From Macrostomum lignano (taxonomy: Eukaryota), in assembly GCA_002269645.1 (NCBI GenBank), contig NIVC01003217.1, positions 46,559 through 110,558 of the forward strand: a stretch of 64,000 bases of DNA, in the 5' to 3' direction. The position numbers and the translations under genes are program-made. The notes below the pieces were generated by a model. It saw nothing but the letters and a program-made list of their open reading frames with translations. It was not told the origin of the DNA and made no database searches. This document shows, one piece after another, positions 13,868 to 26,900 of this stretch. Positions within the stretch are counted from its first letter, which is position 1; every line of letters begins with the position of its first letter.

Positions 13868-14029
13868 AATTGCATATTGAGTTCGGCTGAGCAAGCGGCT
13901 GGCTACTAATTGCCTTCCTATATATGTACTTTAAGCATGTACTTTAGTGAAGTATTATTAGTTTTTGAAGAGTCTGGACCGTTCGTTTTGGCTCGGCCTC
14001 AGGCAAGCCATTGATTTTAGCGCCTCAAC

Positions 14030-14330
14030 CCCCACTGGAAGGTAATTGGCGTCTCTATTAACCCCTTATCCACAGGCAGGAATTTTGGGCCTCAACCTCT
14101 CACTGCAGGTAATTGGGGCTCAACCCCCCCCCCCTACTGGCAGGTTATTAGAGCCTCAACCCCCCCCCCCACTGGCAGGCAATTGGGGCCTGCCTCAACA
14201 CCTCACTGCAGGCAATTGGGGCCTCAACCCTCCCCCCCCACTAGCAGGTAATTTGGGCTCAACCCCTCACTGCAGGTAATTGGGGCCCCAACCCCCCCCC
14301 CCTACTGGCAGGTAATTGGGGCCTCAACCC
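14030..14330. repeat. ~35-bp degenerate minisatellite (aggtaattggggcctcaacc(c)nactggc)
   Basis: Direct repeats with a variable poly-C run. Confidence 0.8.
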
Positions 14331-14787
14331 ACATTCTCGCGAATTTTGAGCAAAGTATTTATTCTTGTCAAATTTCAATAAGCGAGACTTTCATATTTAT
14401 TGTTAGCTTCCAACCAGCTAAACGAGCATTAGAAATGAAATTATACCTTTCACTTGCTCCTTGCTCTACGCTGCTGAAAAATCATACTTATGATGCCGAT
14501 TTGTTCTGAAATCAGGCTGAGGCTGTCTTCTTTTGCATTCCAAACCAACACTTTTTATTTGTAAACTGAACAGAAAATGTCAATCGCGCCTATTAATGGT
14601 TGAGTGCGCTGCGTTGAAAACATTTTTCCCATTTTTAGTGGAAGATTTGCGGCTTCCTACTCTTAGTAGAACAAATATATTTCGCTATAACAAGTTGTGG
14701 TGCATATTATTATGTAAATCTGCGAAATTCCAGTAAATTCATCTCATTTTCTTTAAACAGTTACTTAGTATATTATCACTGTTGGCC

Positions 14788-15075
14788 ACTCAGTCATTGA
14801 GAATCTGCCTCTCCGCTCACTCAGTCATTGAGAATCTGCCTCTCCGCTCACTCAGTCATTGAGAATCTGCCTCTCCGCTCACTCAATCATTGAGAATCTG
14901 CCTCTCCGCTCACTCAATCATTGAGAATCTGCCTCTCCGCTCACTCAGTCATTGAGAATCTGCCTCTCCGCTCACTCAGTCATTGAGAATCTGCCTCTCC
15001 GCTCACTCAGTCATTGAGAATCTGCCTCTCCGCTCACTCAGTCATTGAGAATCTGCCTCTCCGCTCACTCAGTCA
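14788..15075. repeat. 31-bp minisatellite (cactcagtcattgagaatctgcctctccgct)
   Basis: About 9 near-identical units. Confidence 0.95.
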
Positions 15076-15522
15076 TCTGCATCTTAACTGTTCCAATCGA
15101 TAGCTAGAAGTACATTTATGTGTCAAAAAGTACAGAAGTCATACAGTACCAGGCCGAAAAGCTTGCATACACAGGAAGTGCATTGGTTTACTTAAAATAA
15201 CGCAAATCCAAGTCAATGCTTCACAGTTTAAAGCTTCCTGTGCTTTCAACAACTGTTCTTTTCGATCTAATTGAACAGGAAATTTTATTGACGAGCAACA
15301 CAAATATAAAAATTAATACCCCAATTTCACTATTCGAAACTGGCAAAATGTATTTCATTTATTGTGAGAATGATATTGAGACTTTATGTACGAGTACTTA
15401 ATTATGCAAGCAAATATGGAGATCACACATATTAGCCTTGTTGAACTTCTGACAGATGGGCCAAAATGTGAGTGCCATAGCTGCTATCCAGTGCGATTTT
15501 AACACTCGTAACAGAAAGACCC

Positions 15523-16295
15523 CTGACACCGCATTCACCAACTTCTGACCGCATCATTCACCAACTCATGACACCGCATTCACACACTCATGACACCGCA
15601 TTCACCCAACTTCTGACAGCATCATTCACCAACTCATGACACCGCATTCACACACTCCTGACACCGCATTCACCAACTTCTGACCGCATCATTCACCAAC
15701 TCATGACACCGCATTCACACACTCCTGACACCGCATTCACCAACTTCTGACAGCATCATTCACCAACTCATGACACCGCATTCACCAACTTCTAACAGCA
15801 GCATTCACCAACTCATGACACCGCATTCACCAACTCCTGAGACCGCATTCACCAACTTCTGACAGCATCATTCACCAACTCATGACACCGCATTCACCAA
15901 CTCCTGACACCGCATTCACCAACTTCTGACAGCATCATTCACCAACTCATGACACCGCATTCACCAACTTCTAGCAGCACCATTCACCAACTCATGACAC
16001 CGCATTCACCAACTTCTGACAGCACCATTCACCAACTCATGACACCCTATTCACAAACCCCTCACAGCATCATTCACCAACTCATGACACCCCAGATTTC
16101 ACCAACCTCTGACACCAGCATTCAGCAACCTCTGACAACACCATTCATCAACCTCGGACATCACCATTCACCACCCTTTGACACCGCATTCACCAACTTC
16201 TGACACCCCATTTACCAACCTGTGATACCACTATTCACCAACTTCTGACACCCCATTTACCAACCTGTGAAACCACTATTCACCAACTCCAGACA
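15523..16295. repeat. Degenerate minisatellite (gacaccgcattcaccaacttct / gacagcatcattcaccaactcat)
   Basis: Direct repeats; shares 'cattcacca' with the 11537-13215 array. Confidence 0.88.
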
Positions 16296-16403
16296 CCCTA
16301 AAGCATAATGATATTGACAATGTACATTATAAAGTTAATCAACTATGACGTCATCAGTATATTAGCAACTGATTAATTAATTAATTAATTAGCATCGTCG
16401 CAA

Positions 16404-17997
16404 TCAGCACCACCAATGAGTCCAGTCTGGGGCGCAGGTCGGCCTCTCTGTGGGGGCCTCAGTGGAGGCGGCGGTGTGTTTCGCTGCCAGGACCACCACC
16501 GTGATGAAGACAATCAGGCACACAATGGCCAGCATGCCCAGCAGGTAGCGGTACCGGTACACCCAGCCTGCCCAGTCCCGGTTGTGAAATCGCATGCGTT
16601 CCAAGTCGCGCAGGCTGTCAATCTCGACAGTCGGGAATGTCAGCGAGCCGCTCGAGTTTGAAGAGTTCGAACTCTTGCGCCACGACATCAAAGGAACCGC
16701 AGCTGCTGTTCCGGCTGCTCCATTGCCGTCAGTTCTCGATCGGGTCTTGCCAGACTCCAGGTCGATCTCTTCATCTCCATCCTCGATTCCTTCATCGTCT
16801 GGCTCCGTAGCTTCGTTATTCGACGGCGTAGTGGTTGCCATGGCAACCTCCCTAGCAACCTCGTCAATGAAGCTGCGAACTCTGACTAAGAAAGCCGATC
16901 GATTGTCCCTGCTGGACGCTGATGCCAGGGCTGGCGAATTGGCTTTGAGCATGAGGCTCAGCGTCTCCTGCAGGTCATCGATTTCCCAGCCGATCGAGCG
17001 GACTGAGGTGGACAGCTCATCTGAGTCGATGAGGTGGGGGGAGGTTAGCAGCTAAATTGTTCCCCTTGGCAACCGAATTGGCCCAACATGAATTAACATG
17101 GCGCAATCGGAACTAAATTTGGTTTCCTAGCGACTAACTTTGGGCCCTAGCAACGAAGTTTTCCCCTTAGCAACCAAATTTCCCACCCTAGCAACCAAAT
17201 TTTCTCTGCCCTAGCAACCAAGTCTTTTCTTCCCTAGCAACCGAGATTTCCCCTAAAAACCCTTTTTTTCTGCACTAGTATCCGAGTCTTCTCTGCCCTA
17301 GCAACGAGATTTCCCCTAACAACTAACTTTCCTCTGACCTAGCAACCAAGTTTTTTCTTCCCTAGCAACCGAGATTTCCCCTAACAACTAACTTTCCTCT
17401 TCCCTAGCAACAAAGTTTTCTCTTCCCTAGCAACCGAGATTTCCCCTAACAACTAACTTTCCTCTTCCCTAGCAACAAAGTTTTCTCTTCCCTAGCAACC
17501 GAGATTTCCCCTAACAACTAACTTTCCTCTTCCCTAGCAACAAAGTTTTCTCTTCCCTAGCAACCGAGATCTCCCCTAAAAACAAACTTTTCTCTGCCCT
17601 AGTATCCAAGTCTTCTCTTCCCTAGCAACCGAGATTTCCCCTAACAACTAACTTTCCTCTGCACTAGTATCCAAGTCTTCTCTTCCCTAGCAACTGATTG
17701 CTGCCTGCCCTAGCAACTAAATTTCCCCTTCTCTAGCAACAATATATTCCCCCTAGCAAGCAATTTGGTCGCCTAGACAACCCTTGCTTAGGGCCTAGCA
17801 ACAAAAATGAAGCCATTCGCAGGTGTATTAAACTCACTAGTCAGGTAGCGGTACTCCTCATTCACCTCCTCCCTCTCCTCAGTCCCAGCCGGCGGTCGGT
17901 CTCCATCTCTCAGCTGGCGCCATCGCTCAAACTTCGGTGTCAGCAGCTCAATCTGGCCTTCGATTCTGTTTTGATCTAGCAGAAACGGGTCGTCCAT
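16404..17997 (-). CDS. Syntaxin-6 N-terminal-domain membrane protein, paralogue 2 (258 aa). Exons 17997-17838, 17020-16404
   Basis: MDDPFLLDQ...FERWRQL joins in phase 1 (gtgagt...cag) to ELSTSVRSIGWEIDDLQETL...RSAFLVRVR. TM segment YLLGMLAIVCLIVFITVVVLAA. Intron position and phase match paralogue 1. Confidence 0.85.
17140..17800. repeat. Intronic minisatellite rich in CCTAGCAAC
   Basis: Roughly 20 copies of (c/t)ctagcaac in the intron of paralogue 2. Confidence 0.88.
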
Positions 17998-18319
17998 TAT
18001 TGCACTGGCAATGCTTGTCTCAGTGTGTTTTCAGTTTGAAAATTCTCAGGCATAAAGTCAGCTGACTTGGTGTAGAGTCAAAGGTTTTGAGCTTATCAGC
18101 TAAGAGCAGGGGGGGGGGGGCAAACGACCCCACTTTGCAAGTTGATATCAGCAGCAGCTTTCAGTGCACACAGCCGTATATTTCTTCAGAAATTTTTGTG
18201 AAGAATTTCTACGAACTTAAAACTTGCGCCTCAAGTGGTAGCCGCAAGAAGTTAATTGCTCGTCCTTAGCCCCAACTTTGGCAGTCAGACTGGCTCTAAT
18301 TCGCTCTGAAAATAGACAT

Positions 18320-19170
18320 TACCAATGTACACTCAGTCAGAGACTCAGAGTCCTCACCCCACCAATGTACACTCAGCGGTCTCAGCCAGAGTCTATACCC
18401 TCTCACCCCACCAATGTACACTCAGTCAGAGACTCAGAGTCCTCACCCCACCAATGTACACTCAGCGGTCTCAGCCAGAGTCTATACCCTCTCACCCCAC
18501 CAATGTACACTCAGTCAGAGTCTATATAGCTTCTCACTCCACCAATGTACACTCAGTCAGAGTCTATATAGCTTCTCACCCCACCAATGTACACTCAGTC
18601 AGAGTCTAAAGCTTCTCACCCCACCAATGAACACTCAGTCAGAATCTCTTCTCACCCCACCAATGTACACTCAGTCAGAGTCTATACCCTCTCACCCCAC
18701 CAATGTACACTCAGTCAGACTCTAAAGCTTCTCACCCCACCAATGTACACTCAGTCAGAATCTATACCCTCTCACCCCACCAATGTACACTCAGTCAGAG
18801 TCTATACCCTCTCACCCCACCAATGTACACTCAGTCAGACTCTATACCCTCTCACCCCACCAATGTACACTCAGTCAGACTCTAAAGCTTCTCACCCCAC
18901 CAATGTACACTCAGTCAGAATCTATACCCTCTCACCCCACCAATGTACACTCAGTCAGACTCTATAGCTTCTCACCCCACCAATGTACACTCAGTCAGAG
19001 TCTATAGCTTCTCACCCCACCAATGTACACTCAGTCAGAGTCTATAGCTTCTCACCCCACCAATGTACACTCAGTCAGAGTCTATAGCTTCTCACCCCAC
19101 CAATGTACACTCAGTCAGAGTCTATAGCTTCTCACCCCACCAATGTACACTCAGTCAGAGTCTATATATA
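18320..19170. repeat. ~40-bp minisatellite (ctcaccccaccaatgtacactcagtcagagtctata...)
   Basis: Direct repeats. On the - strand they are bounded by a gtgagt donor near 19178 and a tttcag acceptor near 18308, so probably a 5' UTR intron of paralogue 2. Confidence 0.9.
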
Positions 19171-19667
19171 CTCACTCACCTCGTAAAAAATTAAACAATC
19201 AAGATTTAAACTAATTTAATGAAATAGATAGAAAATAATTCAAAACGCAATGTAAACGCACCGTTTATTAGACACAATGTTTTCTGTTATTAATATTATT
19301 GTATCTACGATTGAAATGAACTATAAAATGGCACAAAATGAAAAAAACACTATAATTATAAAGTTGAGAGTCAAAACTGAAACACGAGCGAAAAACCTGT
19401 AAGTTCACACGGATAATAAAACTGAATAGAACAATTATTAATCGGATCGGAAAAATTACAGCACTAATTTAGAAAAAAATTAAAGCAGATGTTATCAATT
19501 TTTCGATAGCAGAACACACACGAATACCAAAAAAGTGTAAAAAATTACACAAGAAAATTTTTCTGTTTGATTGTGATTTAGGAAGTTTATTTCTCTAAAG
19601 AAAAAATGGAGTCTTCTTAGCAATGCTACCTAGATAAGAGAAAACGTATCAAGGACAATTATATTAG

Positions 19668-20017
19668 CGGGTGTACATTGGAGATAAGGGCTGGTTCTTA
19701 GCGAGTGTACATTGGAGATAAGGGCTGGTTCTTAGCGAGTGTACATTGGAGATAAGGGCTGGTTCTTAGCGAGTGTACATTGGAGATAAGAGCTGATTCT
19801 TAGCGAGTGTACATTGGAGATAAGGGCTGGTTCTTAGCGAGTGTACATTGGAGATAAGGGCTGGTTCTTAGCGAGTGTACATTGGAGATAAGGGCTGGTT
19901 CTTAGCGAGTGTACATTGGAGATAAGAGCTGATTCTTAGCGAGTGTACATTGGAGATAAGGGCTGGTTCTTAGCGAGTGTACATTGGAGATAAGGGCTGA
20001 TTCTTAGCGAGTGTACA
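19668..20017. repeat. 34-bp minisatellite (gcgagtgtacattggagataagggctggttctta)
   Basis: About 10 near-identical units. Confidence 0.95.
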
Positions 20018-20559
20018 CAGAAAAATTTAGAAGACAATAATCTAGGATATTACATACATAAAGCATTCCAGTATTACTGTAAGACAATTCGAAAGATAAC
20101 AAAATGCGTACCATACTACTATAATTGCTACTGAAAACAATCCAAGGCTAACTCTCAGCTACTTTTATTACCGTATTGAAAGAAAGCATAAAAACAAAAA
20201 GCAGCAATCTCCGAGACTAGTTCAAGCGCACCTGTAATTTAGCTGACAAGTTAGTTAGCAAAGAACAATATATAATTCTACTATGCTTATTAAAGTAATC
20301 CACACACACAAAGAAGAGCAGGAATGCAGAGTAAATAATATTAAGAAAAAAACTGACCTTGAATTGATATATAGAGGCTGATTCGTTACTTTTAACATCT
20401 GCTTATGAATTATTACGATAAAACTTAAAATTCCGATTTTCACAATAATATATTTTCGATACATATCGGTAGAAGATAGCAAAGCATTAAGGAAAACGCA
20501 AAGAATGGAATTGGAGTCTTGGACAAATAAATGAATTAATTTTTATATTGAGCTTAATT

Positions 20560-20980
20560 GCTTAGCAACCGTGGCTAGGTTACAGCCGTACTAAAGAAAC
20601 TAATGTTATCATCACCATGGCAACCGTTGCTAAGCTATCGTCATAGCAACAGTCACTGGACTATTTAGTTAAACTAAATATTAGGACCTTAGCAACCGTT
20701 GCTAAGCTACTTTCATAGCAGCCGTTTCCAAGCTACCTTCATAGCAACCGTTGCTAAGCTATCTTCATAGCAACCGTTGCTAAGCTATCTTCATAGCAAC
20801 AGTCGCTGGACCATTTAGTTAAACTAAATATTAGGACCTTAGCAACCGTTGCTAAGCTACTTTCATAGCAGCCGTTTCCAAACTACCTTCATAGCAACCG
20901 TTGCTAAGCTATCTTCATAGCAACAGTCGCTGGAGTATTTAGTTAAACTAAATATTAGGACCTTAGCAACCGTTGCTAAG
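20560..20980. repeat. Tandem repeat containing the palindrome cttagcaaccgttgctaag, overlapping the IPMK stop codon
   Basis: Repeated block ...aaactaaatattaggaccttagcaaccgttgctaagcta... Confidence 0.85.
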
Positions 20981-23900
20981 AGACAGTTTCTTCTCAAAGC
21001 CCCGACACAGACTAATTAGCGTTCTCAAACCGAGCAGGTAACCCTCGTCGGGACTTCCTCTACAGCTATTGGCTGGCTCATTCGAGTCGTCGGCGGCAGG
21101 CACGGCAACTGCGTGCGTGAAGTCCACCATCTTCACCAGAACGTGTCGCCGATCCGCCTGCGCCAGAGCTTGCGGGCAGCACTCGACGCCGAGTAGAATC
21201 GAGCTGGCGTAGAAGTGAAACAGGTCCTGCGCGTCGAACCAGGCTAATATGGCCTCCAGTTGAGCAATGATGAGGCGCAATAAACGCTGTCTGTGCTCGC
21301 GAGGCACACTGTCAATCAGTGGCGGAATCACCCGTTCATGCATGTTGTCGGGCGTGATCTCTTTGCCGTAGCGTTTGTTGAAGCGTTCGTAGTATCCGTC
21401 TGAAATCATATTATTTAGTAGGCGATATGTATTGAAGACAATATTTTTGGTAGGCGATATGTATCGAAAACGATATTTCTGGTAGGCGATATGTATCGAA
21501 AACTATATTTCTAGTAGGCGATAAGTAGGCGATATGTATCGAAAACTATATTTCCAGTAGGCGATAAGTGGACGATATGTATCGAAAATAATATTTCCAG
21601 TAGGCGATATGTATCGAAAACTATATTTCTAGTAGGCGATATGTATAAGAAACAATATTTTTAGTGGGAGATATATATCGAAAACTATATTTCTAGTAGG
21701 CGATATGTATAAGAAACAATATTTCTAGTGGGAGATATGTATCGAAAACAATATTTCTGGTAGGCGATATGTATCGAAAACAATATTTCTAGTGGGCGAT
21801 ATGTATTGAAAAAGATATTCCTGATAAGCGATATGTAAGGAAGTTTTTTAGTTTCCTTTTCAGCATAAATAGCAAATTACAAAAGTTCTCTCACCGGCAG
21901 CTTTCTCGGCTCGATTTCCGCCGTCGACCTCGTCAAACCCGTTAGGCCCGTCTAGCTGGCCGGAACGCCAGACGCGGAGGCCGGTAACAAAAAATCCAAT
22001 CTCGTGCCTGTAGGCATATTTGGCTATTTCAGATTCGCGCTTCTCAGCCGAAGCGGTGGGCTCGTAGCTCCGAGCTCCCATCTTCACGTCCATAACAGAG
22101 GGCCTGGCGAATCCGCTAAGCAAGTCTTCCAATCGCATGTAGCGAGCCCCGGTCTCCGGGTGTCGATAGACGCCATGAAACGCCGGCAGGAAGGGTCGCA
22201 ATCCGTTTAATAAGTTTCTTCGACGCTCTGAACAAGGATCGCTGCCCACCGGGGCATTGGCGAACACGGCTTCGTAGAACTCCGCCTCTCGATTGCCTTT
22301 CGGTGGAGCTTGGATCGGCTTGTAGACGCATTGTTCGTCCTGGCAGTAGAGAACTGGCGAACCGAAAAATGATTGCTTTGTTATGCGTTTTTCGATACAT
22401 ATCGGCTGACATATGCAAACTATAGGATTGCAATTCTTCAAGCTTTTTAAATACTGGATAAGTCGAATTAGTTCTTTTTTGTTACTCATTTAACATAACT
22501 TTTTGTCTTAACTGTCAATATTTTTGTAAACTGTTATAACTTTTTTCGATACATGTCGGCAATGTAACTATTTTTTAGCTCTAGATCAAACAAGAAATAA
22601 TTTCGTGGTATTCGCTTCTGAGTGGCAAACATTGACTGAGCCATTTGACGGACAGAAAGACCTATTTATTATTGCGAGGATAATAATGAACGATTACTGA
22701 TTAACAATTTGTGGGAGTTGCTAATAGTGCACATGATATTAAAAAGTAGTTTTAAATTAGCTTACATATAAGCAAAGTGTGATTTCAATAGCAATAGCTT
22801 GGACACGTGGACAAGTACTAAAACTTGAGTAATTTAATAAAAAAAAGAAAATTAGGAAGTCAGGCACACAAATTTCGAAACCGTTTTTTTGATAAAAACT
22901 AATTCCAACGAAGTAACCCATACATATCGAATACTATTACTAACAGTAGTTTTGCTTTAGACACTAAATAGTCTAAAAATATCTGTCGGAACAGATAGTG
23001 CTCAGGCCACCACAGTTATTATCTTGCTGTATTGAGTAAGCACACGCACACACACGCACTTCACTACAAACCATAAAGTTTACACTGTACTAGGAGATAT
23101 TTTGCCTCATTAGACCAACAAAAGCAAGGCTAAGTGAGAGGCACAGAGAGAGGGACGAGAGATTAGAAGAATGCTGATTAATTCTAAAAATCAGTTTAAA
23201 TGTTATTGTTGATTCAACCTTACGAGCATTTTTGTAACTATTAATAGTGCGCATTAAATACTGCAAATTAAAAGTAGAAATTGAGATATTCGAATGCCAC
23301 ACATAGGCCAAGCCTAGCTTTGTTACACAGCAAAAAATAATTATAACTACCGACAGCAACCGACAGCTCAGCCGCAGCTATTGCTGAAGGCTGCATACGG
23401 CTGTTCAGTCCAAGGACTGGGGGGTCGCCACACACACCCTCAACTACCCCAGCTAATGCTGGCACCCATTTTACAGCTGGGTGAACTGAAGCAATGCAGA
23501 GTTAAGTGTCTTGCTCAAGGACACAAATTATTCCAGTGGGATCGAGAATCGAACCCCCAACCTTTCAGTCGCGAGTCCAACACTCTGACCACTGGGCTAC
23601 ACAGCAATGCTACTTGTATTGCAAACCCACAATGCATTCACAACCTATTTAATGCCTAAAAATATTGTTTTATAATAGGTTATATGTTGTGATGCTTGCC
23701 AACTAATATATTGTAAGACCAGAATTGCGAGAAATAATCAGTACGAGGGCTCAAAGGCCAAGTTAGTCGATATATATATTTGTCATTCATTATGTACGCG
23801 CGTACATTCCGATCGATATAGGTTCAGGTGAATAAAAGCGTGCCCAACCCCCCAGCGCAGGCCAACCCCCAAAACAGCCAACACAACGAACACCAAAACT

Positions 23901-26900
23901 CACACCACTTTCCCCCAAGCAAGAGGAATAAAACTCTATGGCAAAAGTTCAAAAGAAGGTTCACTCAGGGCGATAAACATCAGGAGGCCTCCGCTGTCGT
24001 ACCGAACGTCTTAGCTCTGGTGGGACGACCGGGTCGATTGCTGCTTCGGTGTCGCCGCCGTCATCGTCATTGCCGCCTGACAGCTGAGCCCAAGCGTCAG
24101 GCACACCCAGCTGCTCAGGACTGGTGCTGGTAGCCGGCGCCGGCTGCTGCTCATCGGTCAGCTGCAGAGAGCCGCGGCGCTCCACGAACGGCTTGAGGCG
24201 GTCATGGTGCACCACGAGCTTGCGACGCCGCCGAACCGCTATGCCAGGTGCCAGCCGCACTCGATAGTTGACCTCACCCAGCCGCTTGAGAACGACGTAG
24301 GGCCCCGTCCAGCGGTTGCTGAGGCTCTTGGAGCGACCAGGCTTCACCGTCTTACAGCTTAGCATGACCAGGTCGCCTTGGTTGTAGGGCTGAAACCGCA
24401 CGTCCTTGTTGTATCGTTCGTTTCTCTCAGTCTGCGCGCTCTGAAGCTTCTGGTGGACGAGCCTCCGACTCTGCAAAAGCCGTTTCTGAACATCCTCGAC
24501 GTAGTCCAGAGTATCCGAAGCGCCGCTGTTGGTGTGCGGCAGCTTGAAATCAAGCGGCAGTCTTGGTGGCCAACCGTGTAGCACTTGAAACGGAGACAGG
24601 CCAGTCGTACAGTGCGCAGAGCTGTTGAATGCCCATGTGACAAAAGGCAGCTGTACATCCCAGTCGTCCTGGCTTTCCGCTACGACCGTCGCCAACATGT
24701 TACCGAGAGTGCGGTTTCCGCGCTCCACCAGGCCGTTGCCACTCGGATGAAACGGGGAAGTTCGAGTCTTTCGCATACCGAGCTGCTCGCACAGAGACTG
24801 AAACAGCTGGCTCTCAAATTGCCGGCCCTGGTCACTGTGAATCGTGTCCGGAACTCCGTGACGCAGGGCTACTTGGTGGACCAGAACATCAGCAACTCGC
24901 TCGGCTTCGATACTTGGTAGAGCACAGGTTTCCATCCATTTGGAGAAGCAGTCGCAGATGCTCAGAATGTAGCTGTTGTCTCGAGGCGTCCTTGGCAACG
25001 GCCCCTTAATGTCGATTTGCACGGTCTCCCACGGTCGCGCCGGCTGTGCTGTACTCTGCAATGGAGCTCGCTGAGGGCGATTATTGTTCTTGCGCCGAAG
25101 GCATGCTGCACAGCTGGCGACCCAGTTCTGGACATCCTGCTGCATATTTGGCCACCAGCAGCGCTCCCGTAACTTATGCAGTGTTCTGTCCGCGCCGAGG
25201 TGACCGCTAGCGGCTGCATCGTGGGCGTCGGCCAGGAACTCGGCTCGCAGATGGCTCGGAACGACCGGCTTTCCTTGCCTGACCAGCGCGCCATGCGGTC
25301 CGATCTCAATTCCATCATCGCCCAAGAACACCTCAACCTTCTGCTGATTGCTGTTGGACAGGTGCTCGCGTCCCTCGGTGAGCGCCTTGAAGACACTCTG
25401 CAGAAGCGCATCGCGCTGCTGTTCCTCCAGGAAGTCTTGATCCCTGCTGCTGTTGAGCTGAGTAGTGGCGGTTCGACTCAACATGTCCGGGACGACATTC
25501 TCTAGACCAGGCTCATCTTTTGACTTCACTCGCAGCCAGACCAGCTTCTCACTCCTGGCGGGGACGTTGATTTTGCACTCAATGCGGGCCACCAGGGTCC
25601 CGGTCACCATCCGAATTTTTGAGCTGTTGGTAAAAAACGGCACGGCCTCATCATTAAAGCAGACAGTCTTGTTGTTGATGTTAATCCGTAGCTCGCTGGT
25701 TGCCCGACCGATAAAGTCCATCCCTAGGATAAGGTCTACGCTTATTCCCTCTACGACGTTGAATACATGGTCCAATCGGGTCGTCTCTCCAACTTGAACT
25801 GTTCCCCGGGCTGTTCCGAGGCACTGCAGGCGGCTACCGTCTACTGACGTTGGACAGCAGCTACTCCCGGACTCGAGCTGCAGGCCGCATGACCGCATGA
25901 GGCTGTGGCTGATGAGGGATGTCTGCGCACCAGTGTCGAGCAGGAAGCAGACCGGCTTTTCTTGCAGCAGGGCGCGCACAAAAACTGAATGAGCAGTCTG
26001 GGCACTTACTTGGCGGGTTGGGGCTGGCCCGTCGCCTCCAACCCTCAGAAGTTTCCCGCCGGCCGGGCTTTACTTGGGCAGACAGCTGCATTGTGGCCCC
26101 AACCGGAGCAGTTGAAGCACCGACCTTGCTTGTGGGAGCCTTTAGTTGGACATCTGCGCGCGATGTGGCCGTCTTTGCCGCACTGGTAGCAACCGGATGT
26201 TCTCTGGGCCTGCCGACGGTCGCCTGGTCCAGCGCGGCCTTTTCTAGCGGCGCCGCTTGTCACGGCAGCTGTCAGTGTCTCCAGCTGCTGCTCGAGTCGG
26301 GACAGCCGGTCGTCAACCACGGAGACCATAGACGAACTTGCGGGGGTATTCTTGCTCATCACCTGCTCCAGTCTGGTGGCTCTCTCTACCAGCGTACCCA
26401 GTGTGCATGTATCCGAGTCGCTCTCCTTGAGCAGGGCTTCGCGTATCCCTGCGCTTAATAGCTGGATAATTCTGAACTTGACCTCCCGATCACGGAGCGT
26501 GGATGGGTCATCCGGACGGGCTCCCATGTACAGCAGCCTGAGAGCGAATGAGAGCTCCCTGATTGACTCGCCATTCTTGCGTTGTCGACCTTGGAACTCC
26601 TGCATGGCGCGGTGCTGATTGGCAGAGCCGCCGTACTGCTGGAGAAGAAGTGCCTTGATTTTCTCATAACTCTTTTTCTCGGTATCTGCCATGTCCCAAA
26701 CACAGACTTGGGCCTCCCCTCTCAGCAGGAGCTTCACTTTGGAGGCACGCTTTGCATCGTCCCAATTCTTGTCTTCGGCGAAGTCTTCAAAGATGCTCAG
26801 CCAAAAGTGCACGTTTGATTGGCCGCTGAACTTGGGCGGTAGCAAACTGGCGTCGTTGCTCTTCTCATCTCGCTCTTCCATTCTGATCTGCTAACTTGAG

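Noticed and set aside
10862-15075. Regular short repeats that could be mistaken for CRISPR arrays
   Set aside because: The units are head-to-tail with no unique spacers, there are no cas genes, and the context is eukaryotic.
21860-22489. ORF-track start MSNKKELIRLIQ for the IPMK middle ORF
   Set aside because: The sequence upstream of 22353 is intronic. The conserved HQVAGH exon at 27751-27658 splices in phase to 22353.
24359-26894. Overlapping antisense and alternative-frame ORFs within the LTR element
   Set aside because: They are shadows of GC-rich gag/pol coding sequence with no recognisable motifs.
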